Virus record (IMG/VR): IMGVR_UViG_3300044961_000667
DNA length: 64,000 nucleotides
Origin: a virus
Lineage: Duplodnaviria; Caudoviricetes
Strand: one strand, 5' to 3'
Position numbers and translations under genes: made by a program. The notes beneath the pieces are model-generated. The model searched no databases, was not told where the DNA came from, and saw only the letters and a program-made list of their open reading frames with translations. Below are positions 1 through 10,600 of the stretch, one piece after another (position 1 is the first letter of the stretch; each line of letters starts with the position of its first letter).

Positions 1-1240
1 ACCGCGTGTCGAAGAACGGGTCCTTGTAGACCATCCACTTCTTCTGGAGCACGCCGGCCTTCACGATGCCGTAGTTGAACGCGTACTCCTTCGGGTCCTC
101 GCTCACGAACGTGGGCAGAGTCTCCAGGAGGGCCACCACCTCGGGCGAGGTGATCAGGAAGTTGCCCGGCGCACGCAGGGTCTTCTTGTGGATCAGGTTC
201 GACACGGTCGCCAGCGGCGTCACGATGTCGCGCAGGTGGTCCTGCTCGCTGATGCCGGCCGGCACGTTGCGGTCGAACGACGCCACCGAGCCCGTCGAGA
301 CGCTGACGAGGTCGTTGATGATCTCGCGGTCGAGTTCGAGCGCGATCTCCTGGGCGATGCCGCCGACCAGCTCGGTCTCCGCGTCGAGACCGTGGAACGC
401 GCGGAGGTCATCGGCGGCCTCGCTGCTCCACAGCGCCTTCAGCTTGCGGGTCGTGGCGCGGATCTCCTGGAGCTGGATGTCCAGGTTGATCTGGGGCACC
501 GAGCTGTTGTTCTCGGTGTTGTAGGTGTAGTCGATCGTCACCCGCGTGCCGAGGTCAGGGGCGTTGGCCGCCTGGAACGTCACGCTGAAGGCGCCCGACG
601 TGAAGTTGATCGAGCCGGCCGCGATGCCGCCACCGGCCGCGAACGTGCCGTCACCGTCGACGTCAGGGTTGACCGACTTGGCCACGGAGCCCGTGGTCCA
701 GTTCACGACGAGCGTGCCCGACTTGATCGGGAGCCACGAAGCCGTGCCGGTGAAGGGCCCGAGCGACGCGCCGTCGCCGGCCGCGCCGATCGCCTCGGCC
801 GTCACGTTCTCGGACGAGTAGTCGAGGTCGAACTTCTGGACGAGGTTGTCGCCCGCGGTGATGCGGCCCTTCGTCGAGCCGTACTTGTACTCGAAGAAGA
901 AGACCGCGCCGACCGGTGCCGTCATCGGCTGCACCGACACGATGTCGTTGGCGATCAGGTTCGGGAAGACCCGGCGGAGGATCGGGAAGATGAACTTGGT
1001 GAACGGGCCGACGTTGGCCGCACGCGTGTCCTCGGTGAGAGAACGGAGATGCTCCATCTCGTTCTCCAGCAGGATCGCCGTGACCGCGGCACGGTGACGA
1101 CCGGCCTGGGTCTTGGTGTCGATGCCTTCCAGCATCGGACCCCACTTCTTGCTCAGCATGCGGACGTAGCTCTCGTCCGCGATCGTGCGCTTGGCTTCAC
1201 CGTTCTCCATCAGCTGCCGCGCCGTGTTCGGGTTTCCCAT
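1..1240 (-). CDS. Major capsid protein, T4 gp23-like (3' end runs off the window)
   Basis: Missing from the ORF track because it has no stop in the window. Manual translation from ATG 1240 gives MGNPNTARQLMENG...LLENE...ILRRVFPNLIANDIVSVQPMTAPVGAVFF...IRATTRKLKALWSSEAADDLRAFHGLDAETEL...EIALELDREII, the gp23 signature segments. Confidence 0.95.
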   Translation of the reverse strand, partial: MGNPNTARQLMENGEAKRTIADESYVRMLSKKWGPMLEGIDTKTQAGRHRAAVTAILLENEMEHLRSLTEDTRAANVGPFTKFIFPILRRVFPNLIANDIVSVQPMTAPVGAVFFFEYKYGSTKGRITAGDNLVQKFDLDYSSENVTAEAIGAAGDGASLGPFTGTASWLPIKSGTLVVNWTTGSVAKSVNPDVDGDGTFAAGGGIAAGSINFTSGAFSVTFQAANAPDLGTRVTIDYTYNTENNSSVPQINLDIQLQEIRATTRKLKALWSSEAADDLRAFHGLDAETELVGGIAQEIALELDREIINDLVSVSTGSVASFDRNVPAGISEQDHLRDIVTPLATVSNLIHKKTLRAPGNFLITSPEVVALLETLPTFVSEDPKEYAFNYGIVKAGVLQKKWMVYKDPFFDTR

Positions 1241-1334
1241 GGTGTTCCTCGTGCTCCGTGCTTCAGTCTCGGGGCTTCATGCCCTCTGACAGGTTGTTGG
1301 ACTGCGTCAGACTACAGGTTCCTGACTCCCAGCG

Positions 1335-2900
1335 CTACTTCCGCACGCCGGAGAGCGCGAGGATCTCTTCCATCTGCATCTTGCCGCCGAACTCGGGCGG
1401 GAGGTCGCCCAGGAGGGCCGACCCGGCCTGGCGCGAAGGCGCCGAGCCGTTCTTGTTCTCGGTGAGCTGCTCACGCGCACGGCCCAGGCGCTTGCGGATG
1501 CGCTCGGCCTCGTCGTCGCTGCGCGACGCCATGCGGTTGGCGATCGACTCGTACAGCGAATCGACCTCTTCCTTGTTCTGGGGGCGCTTCGACTCGATGA
1601 GCTGCACGATCTCCTTCGCCCGCGCGTGACCACGCGTCTTGCGCTCGACGTAGAGCGCCACGGCGACGTCACGACCGACCTGCAGCGACTCGGAGAGCGA
1701 CTTCTGGAGCTTGGCCTTCTCCTCCTTCAGCTTCTCGACCTCGCCCTTCTGCACGCTCTCGACCTTCACGGCCTTGGCGATCTCCTGCGAGACGGCCTCC
1801 ACCTTCGCGTCGATCGCCTTCACCGACTCGTACTGGCGGACGTCGCCGACCAGCTTCGCGATGGTCTCGGCCTTCGCCTCGCTCTTCAGGCGGCGCTCCA
1901 GGTGCAGCTTGTACGCGGCCTCCTTCGCCACGTCGCACATGCGCCCGAGCTGCTCCTCCAGGCCCTTGATGCGGAGGTTCGCCTCCGACACCTGGGTCTG
2001 GAGCTTGCCGATCTCCTCGTCCTTCTGGGACGCGACCTTCTGCACGTCCTCCGGCAGGGCCACGAGACCGAGGGCCGACTTCACCTGGTCGAGGGCGAGG
2101 CGGGCGCCGGCGATGGTCGGGTCGGACATCACGGCCGCCTTCGCCTCCTCGAACGCCTTCGCCTTCAGGTCGGCGACGGCCTGGACCATCTCCGACTTCA
2201 TCGACGACTTGAGTGCATCCAGCGCGGAGGACTGCTCCGCCTTGACCGCCGAGGCGATGGCCTCGTACGCAGACGGGTTCGCCTTCTTCAGGTCCTCGGC
2301 GGTGATCTTGGTCAGGTCCATGTCGTCGTTCTCCTGCTGCGGGCTGCGCGGGCCGACCGCAGAGCGGCTTTCCGCGTGAATGCTGGGGTACGAGGTCGTG
2401 TTCGCCGGCTCGGCGACAAAATCGAACGTCATCAGCCGGTAGTCTTCCTGGACGACCTCAACTCCATCAGGTCCAGGCGACGTGGTTCCGTAACCGCGGC
2501 TCGACACGCCAACGGCTCCGCCACCCTTCAGGATGGCCTTCAGGTTGCGACCGGCGTCGGTGTCGAGAATCTCGGCCTCGCCGATGACGACGTCGCCTTC
2601 CAGCTCCAGGCTGGTCAGCAGGTGACTCACCCGCGACAGCTTCGTGCGACCATCGTTCGGGTGATCGACCTCGCCGAAGACCTTGCGCTCCGAGAGAGCA
2701 CCCCGGAGCGACTCGATCTCACGCTCCCAGAGCGAGCGCGGGTACATGCGCTTGTTCTCGGTCGCCACGTCGGCGCGAGCGAACTCGCCACGAGCGGTGA
2801 TCTTCTTGCCGTCAGCGGACTCGGTGAGCTGCCACTTGACGAGGCCACCACCCGAGCCGGGGACGTGAATCAGTCTGTCGATGATGAGCTGCTTGTTCAT
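1335..2900 (-). CDS. Prohead protease (gp21-like) fused to a coiled-coil scaffold domain
   Basis: N-terminal ~175 aa contain NKRMYP, FGEVDHP, VSH and GVSSRGYG...FDFVAEPA (gp21 motifs). The C-terminal ~330 aa are Ala/Glu/Lys-rich coiled coil. Lies directly upstream of the capsid gene. Confidence 0.9.
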   Translation of the reverse strand: MNKQLIIDRLIHVPGSGGGLVKWQLTESADGKKITARGEFARADVATENKRMYPRSLWEREIESLRGALSERKVFGEVDHPNDGRTKLSRVSHLLTSLELEGDVVIGEAEILDTDAGRNLKAILKGGGAVGVSSRGYGTTSPGPDGVEVVQEDYRLMTFDFVAEPANTTSYPSIHAESRSAVGPRSPQQENDDMDLTKITAEDLKKANPSAYEAIASAVKAEQSSALDALKSSMKSEMVQAVADLKAKAFEEAKAAVMSDPTIAGARLALDQVKSALGLVALPEDVQKVASQKDEEIGKLQTQVSEANLRIKGLEEQLGRMCDVAKEAAYKLHLERRLKSEAKAETIAKLVGDVRQYESVKAIDAKVEAVSQEIAKAVKVESVQKGEVEKLKEEKAKLQKSLSESLQVGRDVAVALYVERKTRGHARAKEIVQLIESKRPQNKEEVDSLYESIANRMASRSDDEAERIRKRLGRAREQLTENKNGSAPSRQAGSALLGDLPPEFGGKMQMEEILALSGVRK

Positions 2901-3109
2901 CAGAGTCCCAGCTTCGGTGGCGACAACAGCCTCTTCAGTGATGCACCCATCGGCTTCTTCTTGTGCTTCCGGCCGACGATCTTCTTCCTGCCCTGGTACC
3001 CGATGATCTCCTTGCGTCCGCTCGGGTACTTCGACCTTCTCTCACGCGGGTTCTCCGCCAGCTGGGACTTCAGTCCTTCCACCAGCCGGCGGAGATTGGC
3101 CGCGTTCAC
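2900..3109 (-). CDS. Small basic hypothetical protein in head operon
   Basis: 69 aa, Lys/Arg-rich; its stop overlaps the protease start (TGATG). Confidence 0.6.
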   Translation of the reverse strand: MNAANLRRLVEGLKSQLAENPRERRSKYPSGRKEIIGYQGRKKIVGRKHKKKPMGASLKRLLSPPKLGL

Positions 3110-3112
3110 GGA

Positions 3113-4447
3113 TTACCTCCGGACGGCCGTGAACTTCGGCTTCACCGACTCCTGCGTCTTCGAGTAGTCGTCGAGCGCCGCGGTGAGCGCACGCATCATC
3201 TCCTTGATGGTCGCCTCGTCCTCGCCATCGGAGGGCTCATCGCCCTCGTTGCCCATGCCGGGCACCGACGGGGGCGCGACCGGAGTGCCAGGGGCCGCGA
3301 GATCCGCGCCCGGCACCGGGTCCATGCCGTCTTCGTCGGCCATGCCCTCGTCGTCGTCCTCGTCATCCGACGCGAACGGGTTCTCGTCGTCCTCGTCCGT
3401 GGTCTCCGACTCGTCGTCGTCGCCCTCGGCCTCGCCCATGTCTTCCTCGTCATCGGCGTCGCCGTCGTCGTCCTCGCCGACGTAGCCGTCGAGGTCGTCA
3501 CGCAGGTCGGGGTCGATCCAGTCCGGCTCGTCGCCGGTCGGCGTGGGGCCACCAGCCGGCTTGCCCTTGCCGATGTCGCCGGAGGGGTTCTCCAGGTCGA
3601 TGTCCTCGGCCGTCATGTCCTCGGGCGTCGACATGTCCTCGGGGCCGCCGTCGGTGCCGCGGGGAGTCGCCTCGCCCGGACGCTTGCCCTTGCCGATGTC
3701 GCCCGACGGGTTCTCCAGGTCGGTCTCGCCCTCGGCCGACGAGTCGTGCGGGTTCGGGTTGGCGGGGATCGAGCCCTCGTCGCCCGAGCCGTCATCGAGC
3801 GCCCCCGGATCCGGCAGCTCGTACGCGGTGGTCGAGCGGGCGTCCGCGGCCGGAACGTCCTCGGCCAGGCCGAGGTTGCGGAAGTGCTTCACCGCCTCGG
3901 CCTTCATCTTGCGCAGCATGACCGCGATCGACTCGTTCTTCGCGCCACCGCGCTTCTCGTACCGGCGGGCGAGCAGCTCCGACACCTCCGCGACGTTCTT
4001 GAACGCGCGGCGGTACTGCTGGCGCTTCGACTCGCCGAGCTTCCGCCCGTACGCGCCGGCGACCAGCGTCTGGATGTCCTCCACGAGACCGGCGATGCCG
4101 GTCTTCTTCTGGAAGGAGCCCGTCTTGGCCTCGCCGTACATGCGGAGCCACTTGTTGCCGGCGGTGCCCTTCACGCCCTCGCGCAGCTTCGTCTTGTTGC
4201 GGCGCACGGCCTCCATGCGGGCCTTGCGGGCGCGAGCCTCGGCGACGGCCTTCTTGGACGGCTTCGTGTTCGCACGAGCACGGCTCTCGTTGAGCTGTGC
4301 CGCCGTGTGAACGGCGTTGCCCAGAACAGGGGTCACACCCTCGGTGTTCCGGGAGAGATCTCCCATCGAGAGCCCCAGGTCCTGCAGGTCCTCATGGAGA
4401 GACCGGAGCGCGGCCTTCTTCTGCTTGTTGCTCGGGGAGAAACTCAT
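3113..4447 (-). CDS. Putative prohead core/internal protein with acidic, repeat-containing C-terminal half
   Basis: 444 aa with a basic helical N-half and an Asp/Glu-rich low-complexity C-half containing two DLENPSGDIGKGK repeats. Lies between portal and protease. Confidence 0.6.
   Translation of the reverse strand: MSFSPSNKQKKAALRSLHEDLQDLGLSMGDLSRNTEGVTPVLGNAVHTAAQLNESRARANTKPSKKAVAEARARKARMEAVRRNKTKLREGVKGTAGNKWLRMYGEAKTGSFQKKTGIAGLVEDIQTLVAGAYGRKLGESKRQQYRRAFKNVAEVSELLARRYEKRGGAKNESIAVMLRKMKAEAVKHFRNLGLAEDVPAADARSTTAYELPDPGALDDGSGDEGSIPANPNPHDSSAEGETDLENPSGDIGKGKRPGEATPRGTDGGPEDMSTPEDMTAEDIDLENPSGDIGKGKPAGGPTPTGDEPDWIDPDLRDDLDGYVGEDDDGDADDEEDMGEAEGDDDESETTDEDDENPFASDDEDDDEGMADEDGMDPVPGADLAAPGTPVAPPSVPGMGNEGDEPSDGEDEATIKEMMRALTAALDDYSKTQESVKPKFTAVRR
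3560..3722. repeat. Two ~40-bp coding direct repeats (3560-3599 and 3683-3722)
   Basis: cttgcccttgccgatgtcgcc(g/c)ga(g/c)gggttctccaggtcg occurs twice. Confidence 0.9.
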
Positions 4448-4474
4448 CGGTTCTTTCCTCCAGGAACTGCGTCT

Positions 4475-5410
4475 CTATGCGGCCTGTGCCCGCTTCAGCG
4501 TCTTGTTGATGAAGGCGGCCGCCATCTCGAAGTCTTCCATGCGTGCGAGGACCGCGTCGCACGCCATGCCGAGATCGGAAACCGACCCCTCGGACTTGCT
4601 CAGCTCGTCGAGCGCTTCGGACAGGTTCGCCGCTTCTTCGATGAAGTCCTCGGCGAAACGACGAACCGACTCGATCGTGGCCGCGCCCTCAGGAGTACGG
4701 AACTTCGACTCCTGGGTCGCGAACTTCGAGTAGGCGTCGCCCACCTGGGTGGCGATCTGCTCCATCCTCTCGCTCCGCGCACGGAGGCACGACTGGGCGA
4801 GCGGCGCGTACTCCGCCGACTCAGCCTTCGTGGCTCCACTGTACAGCGGGGCGAACTTGTTCGTCTGCTTCGGGAGACGGGCGCGGATGTCGGCCAGGTC
4901 GCTCTCGATGAACTGACGAATCTTCGAGCGGTTCTCCTTGAACATCTTCCGCCAGGGCCGCTCGCTGTTCTCCATCGTGGCGACGATGCGCTTCGCCTGC
5001 TCACGGGGAGAAACGGTGTCGAAGGACACCAGCTCCGCCATCTCGGAGAGCGCACGCATCGACGGCTTCTCGCCGCGCATCAGCGACTCGACGACGGCGT
5101 CGGCCTTCTGATCGATGAGCTTGCCCATGTTGGACTCATCGAAGATCTGCACTGGGTACGACTCGGCCTCGGACAGCGAGACCGCGCCGCTCGACTGCGT
5201 GTTCTCGAACTTGACGCGGAAGAACTTCCCTTCGTCCGTCCCGACCAGCGCGTACCCTGGGAACGTCGCGACCAGGTGCGGAGCGCCGACATTCTCTCCG
5301 AACAGCTTGGAGGTCTTCACCGCTTCGCGCACGCGGCTGATCGTCTGCTCAAGGCTCCCCCGAGTCATCTGCTCGGCGACACTCCTTGGGATCAGCTTTC
5401 GAGTCGACAT
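4475..5410 (-). CDS. Hypothetical head-module protein
   Basis: Start placed at ATG 5410 (MSTRK) after a GGAG Shine-Dalgarno; high GC3; helical C-terminus. Confidence 0.7.
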   Translation of the reverse strand: MSTRKLIPRSVAEQMTRGSLEQTISRVREAVKTSKLFGENVGAPHLVATFPGYALVGTDEGKFFRVKFENTQSSGAVSLSEAESYPVQIFDESNMGKLIDQKADAVVESLMRGEKPSMRALSEMAELVSFDTVSPREQAKRIVATMENSERPWRKMFKENRSKIRQFIESDLADIRARLPKQTNKFAPLYSGATKAESAEYAPLAQSCLRARSERMEQIATQVGDAYSKFATQESKFRTPEGAATIESVRRFAEDFIEEAANLSEALDELSKSEGSVSDLGMACDAVLARMEDFEMAAAFINKTLKRAQAA

Positions 5411-5448
5411 TCGGTTTGTCTCCACCGTCTCACTCAACGGCGCGCGGC

Positions 5449-5477
5449 ATCTTCGGGGCACCACTCCAACGTGTCAA
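5449..5477 (-). promoter_or_regulatory. Possible sigma70-like promoter for head genes
   Basis: TTGACA-17 bp-GAAGAT in the gap between the portal stop and the 5410 start; weak -10. Confidence 0.4.
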
Positions 5478-5502
5478 GAAGCGCTCACGAAGGTATCAGG
5501 GG

Positions 5503-7167
5503 CTACCAGCGACGTGCAACAGCAGAACGAAGGTCGCCCATCAGGCCGTCCAGCTCACCCACTCGCTTCAAAATCTCGGTGTTCGTCCCGAGCAGCGCAT
5601 CGAAGTTGTCCTCGACGAACTTCTCGTGGTCTCGGTTGCCAGCCATCAGCTGACGAACGCGCTCACCCTCCGTCTGTTCTGCCGCCATCTCTTCCGGCGC
5701 AACGCCGAGAGCCGCAGCCTCTTGGGCCTTCTTCTGGCGCTCGAACACCTTCTGCTTCTCGATGATCTGAATCTCCTCGTCTGAGAAGCCCAGAACACGC
5801 GACAGAATCCAGTACTCGGAGACGTACGACTTGATCTTGTCCGCGAAGTCGAGCTTCGCGTTCTTCACCTCGACCTGCGCCAGCTCGAAGATGGCGCTCG
5901 GCACGGTCATCGCCACGTCGTACTCGATCTCCGCGGCATCGATGTTCACGGCGGCCAGGTGAACGCGGGCGATCTTCTTCAGACCGTTCCGAAGCTCACG
6001 CTGCACACGAAGGATCGTGCGGGCGAAGCGAACGTCCTCCTGCGAGAGCGTCCCCTTCGCCTTGCCGGTCTCCTCTTCGTAGCCCAGGTAGGTCTTCGGC
6101 ACTCCGAGCGCGCTGAAGAGCTTGGCGCGGAAGTAGTCGATGTCCTCCATGTGCTGCCAGGCTGGCCCCGTGATCGTGTCGATCTCGGCCGACTTCTTCC
6201 CGTCCCGCACCGGCACGAAGAAGTCCTCGTCGTACGCGAGCGGGTTCCACTTCAGGTTCAGCTTGCCGGTCTGGGGGTCGACGAACTTCTGCTTCTTGAG
6301 CTGGTTCTTGAAGCGATTGACGTGCGACATCGCTTCCTTCGCCGGCAGGTTTCCCACGTCGACGTAGAACGCGTATCGGCTCGGTGCACGCGACAGCCGG
6401 TAGATGAGCGCCGCGTCCTCCATCAGCATCAGTCGCTTCCAGATCCACCGCGCCGATTCGAGCGCACCGAAGCCGTAGATCGACCGACGGTGCTTGCCCC
6501 GCATGCGGAAGTGGGCGACCTCGAAGTCCTCGAACGGGATCGCCGTCATCGTCATGTACTCGGGCGAGTCGGGCGTCATCGACCCTCGCTCGTCGAGGAG
6601 CTTCTGGAAGTCCTCGGGCGTCATCGTGAACTGGGCTCGCAGGTCCTGCACGAAGCCCAGCAGCTCGCCCTTCATCCCCTCCATGCGGCGCACGGTGGGC
6701 GGCGGCATGAAGTTGAGAGCCTGCACTCCGCCTTCGGTGAGAATCAGCTCCTCGAAGTCGTTGCCGTACTTGCAGAGCGTGCGACAGATCTCCCAAACGT
6801 CTTCCTCAATGCGAAGCGTTCGGTCGAACAGATCGGTGAGACGCTCCTTCACGACGACGTCCTTCGACTCGACCCACACCGTCTTGTTCTTCACGGTGTC
6901 CGGCTGCGTCGAGTCGTCAGCGAAGATGTTGAGCGCCGCGGCGATCTCCGGGTACTCGTCCATCTCCTCGTAGTCGACGAACCTGGCCATCAGGTCGTAC
7001 TCGATCTTCATCCAGTCGCTGAGCGCGTCATACCCGAAGGTCGACAGCATGTTGTAGCTGTCGGGCGCGGCGAGCTTGGTGCCCTTCACGAGCGTGTCGC
7101 CACGCCCCTCCTTGTCTCGGGAGAGGATGGACCGAATCCGCTTGGCAACGTTCGAGGCGAAACCCAT
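5503..7167 (-). CDS. Portal protein, T4 gp20-like
   Basis: YPEIAAALNIFADD, RTLCKYG, ARWIWKRLMLMEDAALIYRLSRAPSRYAFYVDVGNLP, EDFFVPVR, DIDYFRAKLFSALGVPK and EDVRFAR are gp20 motifs. Confidence 0.95.
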   Translation of the reverse strand: MGFASNVAKRIRSILSRDKEGRGDTLVKGTKLAAPDSYNMLSTFGYDALSDWMKIEYDLMARFVDYEEMDEYPEIAAALNIFADDSTQPDTVKNKTVWVESKDVVVKERLTDLFDRTLRIEEDVWEICRTLCKYGNDFEELILTEGGVQALNFMPPPTVRRMEGMKGELLGFVQDLRAQFTMTPEDFQKLLDERGSMTPDSPEYMTMTAIPFEDFEVAHFRMRGKHRRSIYGFGALESARWIWKRLMLMEDAALIYRLSRAPSRYAFYVDVGNLPAKEAMSHVNRFKNQLKKQKFVDPQTGKLNLKWNPLAYDEDFFVPVRDGKKSAEIDTITGPAWQHMEDIDYFRAKLFSALGVPKTYLGYEEETGKAKGTLSQEDVRFARTILRVQRELRNGLKKIARVHLAAVNIDAAEIEYDVAMTVPSAIFELAQVEVKNAKLDFADKIKSYVSEYWILSRVLGFSDEEIQIIEKQKVFERQKKAQEAAALGVAPEEMAAEQTEGERVRQLMAGNRDHEKFVEDNFDALLGTNTEILKRVGELDGLMGDLRSAVARRW

Positions 7168-7174
7168 GAGACCT

Positions 7175-7417
7175 CTACCCGCGGAGCTTGGTCAGCGAGA
7201 CGACCGTTCCGCTCTGACGCCGCCTGGTCGCTCGCATGAAGGTGTCGAAATCCATCTCTCTGTGCTCGTCACCTTCTGCGGGCGGCAGAGGCCACATTTC
7301 CGGCTGAGAAACCCGCGCCGGGAGAGGCAACGTCCCCTCCAGCTCATCGTCCTCGTCGGTATAGCCGAGCCTGTCAAGAACCGAAGGGTCGCAAATCACT
7401 CCGCCGCCGCCTCTCAT
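7175..7417 (-). CDS. Small hypothetical protein
   Basis: ATG 7417 overlaps the upstream stop (ATGA coupling); 80 aa ending just before the portal start. Confidence 0.5.
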   Translation of the reverse strand: MRGGGGVICDPSVLDRLGYTDEDDELEGTLPLPARVSQPEMWPLPPAEGDEHREMDFDTFMRATRRRQSGTVVSLTKLRG

Positions 7418-7650
7418 ACGGGCTCCTCCGCCGACACGTCGAGACGCTGCGTTGCAACACTCTGGGGAACCACATCCTCCGGTTCCCGACGACACACCAG
7501 GTTCCCGTCTTCGTCCTTCTCCATGCCGGCTGGGCACGGCGTGACGCCCCACCACACGCCACCATGGCCAACGCTCATGCGATCGGGCGCAGCCTCGACC
7601 ACACGTTCGCTCGAAGACAGCAAGTCTCTGAGGGCCACCCACTGCGTCAT
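7414..7650 (-). CDS. Small hypothetical protein
   Basis: MTQWVALRDLL...; fills the gap after terminase and is coupled to the next gene. Confidence 0.5.
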   Translation of the reverse strand: MTQWVALRDLLSSSERVVEAAPDRMSVGHGGVWWGVTPCPAGMEKDEDGNLVCRREPEDVVPQSVATQRLDVSAEEPV

Positions 7651-7697
7651 GCCGAGCACTCTACCTGACGGCCCCGCCCATCTCTACAGATGCCTGG

Positions 7698-10600
7698 TCA
7701 GCCTTTGACAGGAAGCAGCGGAGCCCAGTTGTCCTTCGCGCCTGGCTCTTCCTTCGGCCGCATGGTCTCGCCCTTCTCGTTCCTCGGGAGAACCCAGTCG
7801 ATGTCCTCGACAGTGGCGTCTCGGTACTCGCTGATGCCAGGGGAGGCAACCAGCGGCTGGGGCGCCAGCCTGGTGGTCAACGACATCGTCACACCGGCGA
7901 GTCCGTCGGCAACGTCTTTCGACCCATCCTGGGGGTGATCGACCTTCTTGCGCTTCGGGTTCCACTCCAGTTGCCGCAACTCCTTCTCCAAGTGCGGGAA
8001 CGGCAAACAGTCGAACCGCTCCTCGTTGATCGCGTTCTTCAGCAGATCGTACGCGTCCGACGAGGAGTCGACCGACAACACCTCCGCCTTGTACCCCTTC
8101 GAGTTCAGGTTCTGCCTCATGTCGGCGCTGTTGTGCGACATGAAACCGTTGGCCAGATAGGACGGATCGTCCTCTACCTCCAAGTCGAAAACATCAGCTT
8201 CACCATCAGCCTCAACGCTCACCACCCTCGCGAAGATTCTTCGTCCGACAACACCAACATGCTTCTCAAGCTCAACCTGCTTGCGGGAGTACGAGAACCC
8301 AATCCTCTCCAGGAACTTCCGCCTGGCGCCACGTACTCCCACCACATACTGGACACCATCCTTGACGTAATCGCCTGGGTGTCCTCGCTCCATGATCACC
8401 AGTTTCGACTCGATGCCAAAGTCACATCGCAGCATCAACCTCACCTGGTCGGCCAGATCCCGATGCTTCGTCGACAACGAAACGTAGCCGTCCAATCGCC
8501 CAACATTTCCGTCGGTCGCGAACAGGCCCCTCAGGAATGACGCCTTCACGGCACGACTACCCCTGAGCACGGCCTCCGGAACAAGAGGTTTTCGCAGGCC
8601 ATTCTGCTCCATCCATCTCACCAGCCACCGAGCACTCACGGACACAGTCCCGAACCCAGCCCCGTCTACACCGCGATACTCTGGCGCCACACCAAACAGC
8701 CTCATGAATACAGCCTGGGCATCGACAGCCTCGTCGTCGGTGACGGTTAGCCTGACGGAGTCTTCGCCGATATTTCCGTCGCCCCAAACGAGACCAAGCC
8801 ATTCGGCCAGGGCCGGTCCCATCCGAACCGGAAGCGACCACTCCGAGAGCACACCTGCGCGAGCAGGACTCCAGCCGAGGTCTCGCTTGTCACCGACCAG
8901 CTCAACATCGGGCGCGTCCATCTCGACAGGCGACGACGCCATCCGCACCACGTCGCCTGCGCGAATCTCGTCCAGCCTACGCCACTCCCAGATTGGTTCG
9001 CGAGTCCAACCAAATTCGGATTCGCTCTCAGGCCCCCATCCAACTTGCACCTCAATCCGGTGTCGCCCGGTGCCGACCAAGCTGTCTCCGTCGGCCGTCG
9101 ACAATTTCAGTACCGGCTGTCGACCAAAGGCCCAAACATTCTTCACTGGTTTTGGCCCTGCGCGCGACTGAACTATGTCGCCAATCAGGACTTCCTCGAT
9201 CGGCAACAAGCCGCGGCTTGTGCTCACTCTCGTTCCAGCAGCCAAGCACTGGTACGTGTCCATCGTCACCAGCCCGATGTGGAAACCGTGCTCGGTCAGC
9301 TCGTAGATGAGGCGCCGCACTTCGGCCATCGGGATCTCCCCCCGGTCCGGCGGAACGATGCGCAGCGCCAAGTCGATCACGATGAACGGAACCATCTCCT
9401 TCGACTTCTTGCCGCTCGACCAGTTCGTCCTCACCACCTCGACCATCTTGGCGACGTGCCCCATCGCGAAGCCGTACGAGTCGTCAGAAAGCGCAGGGTC
9501 GAGATGGATGTGTCGCTGCGCGTCGGGATTGAACCGCGGCTTGTAGCTCAACAACGTCTTCCCGTTGACCGACCGACGCTGACGCTCCACGCACAACGCC
9601 GACCAATCGAGGGCCAGCGGCGTGGTGGGATCCCACTCCAAGCCTCCCGGCCGCGGCATGGGGCGCTTCGACGACAGCGCCTTGATGATCTTCTCCTTGT
9701 TCCTGATGTACGGCCGAATCGAGTCGGTCGCGATGCCGGCGATCTCGCGAAGCGAGCCGTCCAGGTCCTCCTCGAAGTCTGAACGAAAGTCGATCGGCAC
9801 CTCGATGATGCGTTGCTTGCCTTGAGCGACGGTGTCGGGCACCGGCTCCGAATCAGCAAGCACTCGGCTCGACACGTCGTCGGTCCCGATGACGACACGG
9901 AACTTCTGATCGCTGTACTTCTTGACGTCCCACAGCGCGTACTCGCGAACGAAGATGCGCGGGTTGTCGGCCGACTCTCGGATCTTGCGCTCGGTGAAGT
10001 CGGTCGTGCCCTTCTTCGACGAGATCGTCATCAACATGCCTGGCATCTGGCCACCACGCAGGAAGCGGGACTTCATGCGGCGCAAGATGCTGGAGTACAG
10101 CTGCGAGCCCTTGTCGATGTGCCCCCACCGCGCGTGCGACGCCTTCTGCTCGCGGGTGAACGACATGAAGTTCGTCTCGTCGATGGCTGCACCAAAGACG
10201 TTTCGACCGATGACGCTGTTGTCGGCGGACGACGCCGGCACCGCCCAGATGTTCTTCGGAAAGCGAAGCGCCTCCATCGAGCGGTGACACTTGAACTTCT
10301 CGTTGAAGTACGGGCTCACGATCAGCTTCTGCGCGAGGCCCTCCAACAGCGTCGCCATCGCCGTCTTTTCGTTGACGCTGATGCCGGCGAACACGATCTC
10401 AGAACCAGAAGCCAACCCGTACGAACGCTGCGGGTTCCTCAGGCAGCTCATCTCGTAGATCTGCCGAGCGATGACGATCTCGGCGAAGGTCGACTTGCCC
10501 CAGCCGATGGCGCCGCCGAGGACGACCTCGTGGTACGAGCCAGTGAACAGCTCGACGACGTCCTCCTTCAGCTTGGGCCACAGGCCCTTCGCGACTTCCC

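Noticed and set aside
2963-5653. 896-aa plus-strand ORF, and similar long plus-strand ORFs such as 38282-41194, 24558-26348 and 51683-53389
   Set aside because: Antisense shadows of well-supported minus-strand genes. They are Arg/Leu/Val/His-rich with no motifs, as expected from high GC3 on the opposite strand.
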